DNA from: Haloarculaceae archaeon
Lineage (GTDB): Archaea; Halobacteriota; Halobacteria; Halobacteriales; Haloarculaceae
Length of the DNA stretch: 64,000 nt
Reading direction: 5' to 3'
Assembly: GCA_036625595.1 (NCBI GenBank)
Contig: JAZKTK010000002.1
Location: 3,552 to 67,551, forward strand
Shown: one piece after another, positions 63,738 through 64,000 of the stretch
Position numbering within the stretch: the stretch's first letter is position 1
How the letters are laid out: every line of letters starts with the position of its first letter
Translations under genes and position numbers: made by a program
Notes under the pieces: generated by a model
The model's input: only the letters and a program-made list of their open reading frames with translations
What the model was told of the DNA's origin: nothing
Database searches by the model: none

Positions 63738-64000
63738 ATGGGCGATTCCAACCACGACCACGCCGAACGAGCGCTGCTTCGCCGCCACGATGATATCGAG
63801 TACGAGCCCGTTGACGCTGCCGCTGGCCTCGAAAAAGGAATCCTCATCGACGAGACGCACGGCGCGCCGAACGTTGCACTCCGGCGCTTTACGCTGGCTG
63901 CCGGTGGCGAAGTGCCGAGACACACAAACGACATCGAACACGAACAGTACGTCCTCAGTGGAGAGTATGTCGTGGGCATCGACGACGAGGAATACACCGT
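63738..64000 (+). CDS. Cupin-domain protein, N-terminal part (3' end outside the window; absent from the ORF track)
   Basis: The ATG at 63738 opens MGDSNHDHAERALLRRHDDIEYEPVDAAAGLEKGILIDETHGAPNVALRRFTLAAGGEVPRHTNDIEHEQYVLSGEYVVGIDDEEYT. The cupin motif-1 context is (G..PRH.H..EHE.YVLSG). The competing minus-strand ORFs are Arg/Ser-rich. Confidence 0.6.
   Translation, partial: MGDSNHDHAERALLRRHDDIEYEPVDAAAGLEKGILIDETHGAPNVALRRFTLAAGGEVPRHTNDIEHEQYVLSGEYVVGIDDEEYT

Noticed and set aside
63660-63997. Minus-strand ORFs of 93 and 95 aa at the window end.
   Set aside because: Their composition is Ser/Arg/Cys-rich. The plus-strand frame from the ATG at 63738 gives an acidic cupin-like sequence with a recognisable motif.
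1-64000. CRISPR arrays, rRNA operons, intact IS elements/transposases, and intact prophage integrase genes.
   Set aside because: I saw no regularly spaced direct repeats of 25-40 nt and no rRNA-like conserved stretches. No transposase (DDE or IS200/IS605-type) or full-length tyrosine recombinase ORF is present. The only integrase-like sequence is the degenerate domain inside the regulator at 12553-14283.

Overview
GC-rich segment (roughly 60-65% by eye, not computed) of a haloarchaeal chromosome (class Halobacteria). Supporting evidence: an acidic proteome, halorhodopsin, a PGF-CTERM surface protein, RadA, Rpa3/Rpap3 and a Bat-type HTH_10 regulator. I count about 65 densely packed protein genes on both strands and three tRNAs (Thr-GGU, Gly-CCC, His-GUG). 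I saw no rRNA, CRISPR array or intact IS/transposon. Main blocks: (1) 1-10.3 kb: surface repeat protein, DICT sensor, and an alpha/beta-hydrolase / acyl-CoA ligase / KAS-III-like / GATase run. (2) 10.4-19.1 kb: acetate-utilisation cluster with two acs paralogs, an unusual regulator between them, and a DUF4212 + SSS symporter + USP operon. (3) 19.6-26 kb: halorhodopsin, PHP phosphoesterase, acyl-CoA ligase, an FNT channel fused to two USP domains. (4) 26-31.6 kb: divergent KaiC-centred cluster, which is my best candidate for an undescribed system. (5) 31.6-52 kb: housekeeping genes (radA, htpX, NMD3, Trm5-like, XPD-like helicase, beta-propeller protein, orphan SBP + PAP2, rhomboid, metal-domain permease). 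(6) 52-62 kb: three tRNA loci, each with a rearrangement or integration scar, interleaved with crotonase, nadE, rpa3-rpap3 and an HNH endonuclease in a low-GC islet. All family assignments come from motif recognition by eye. No database search or computation was run.
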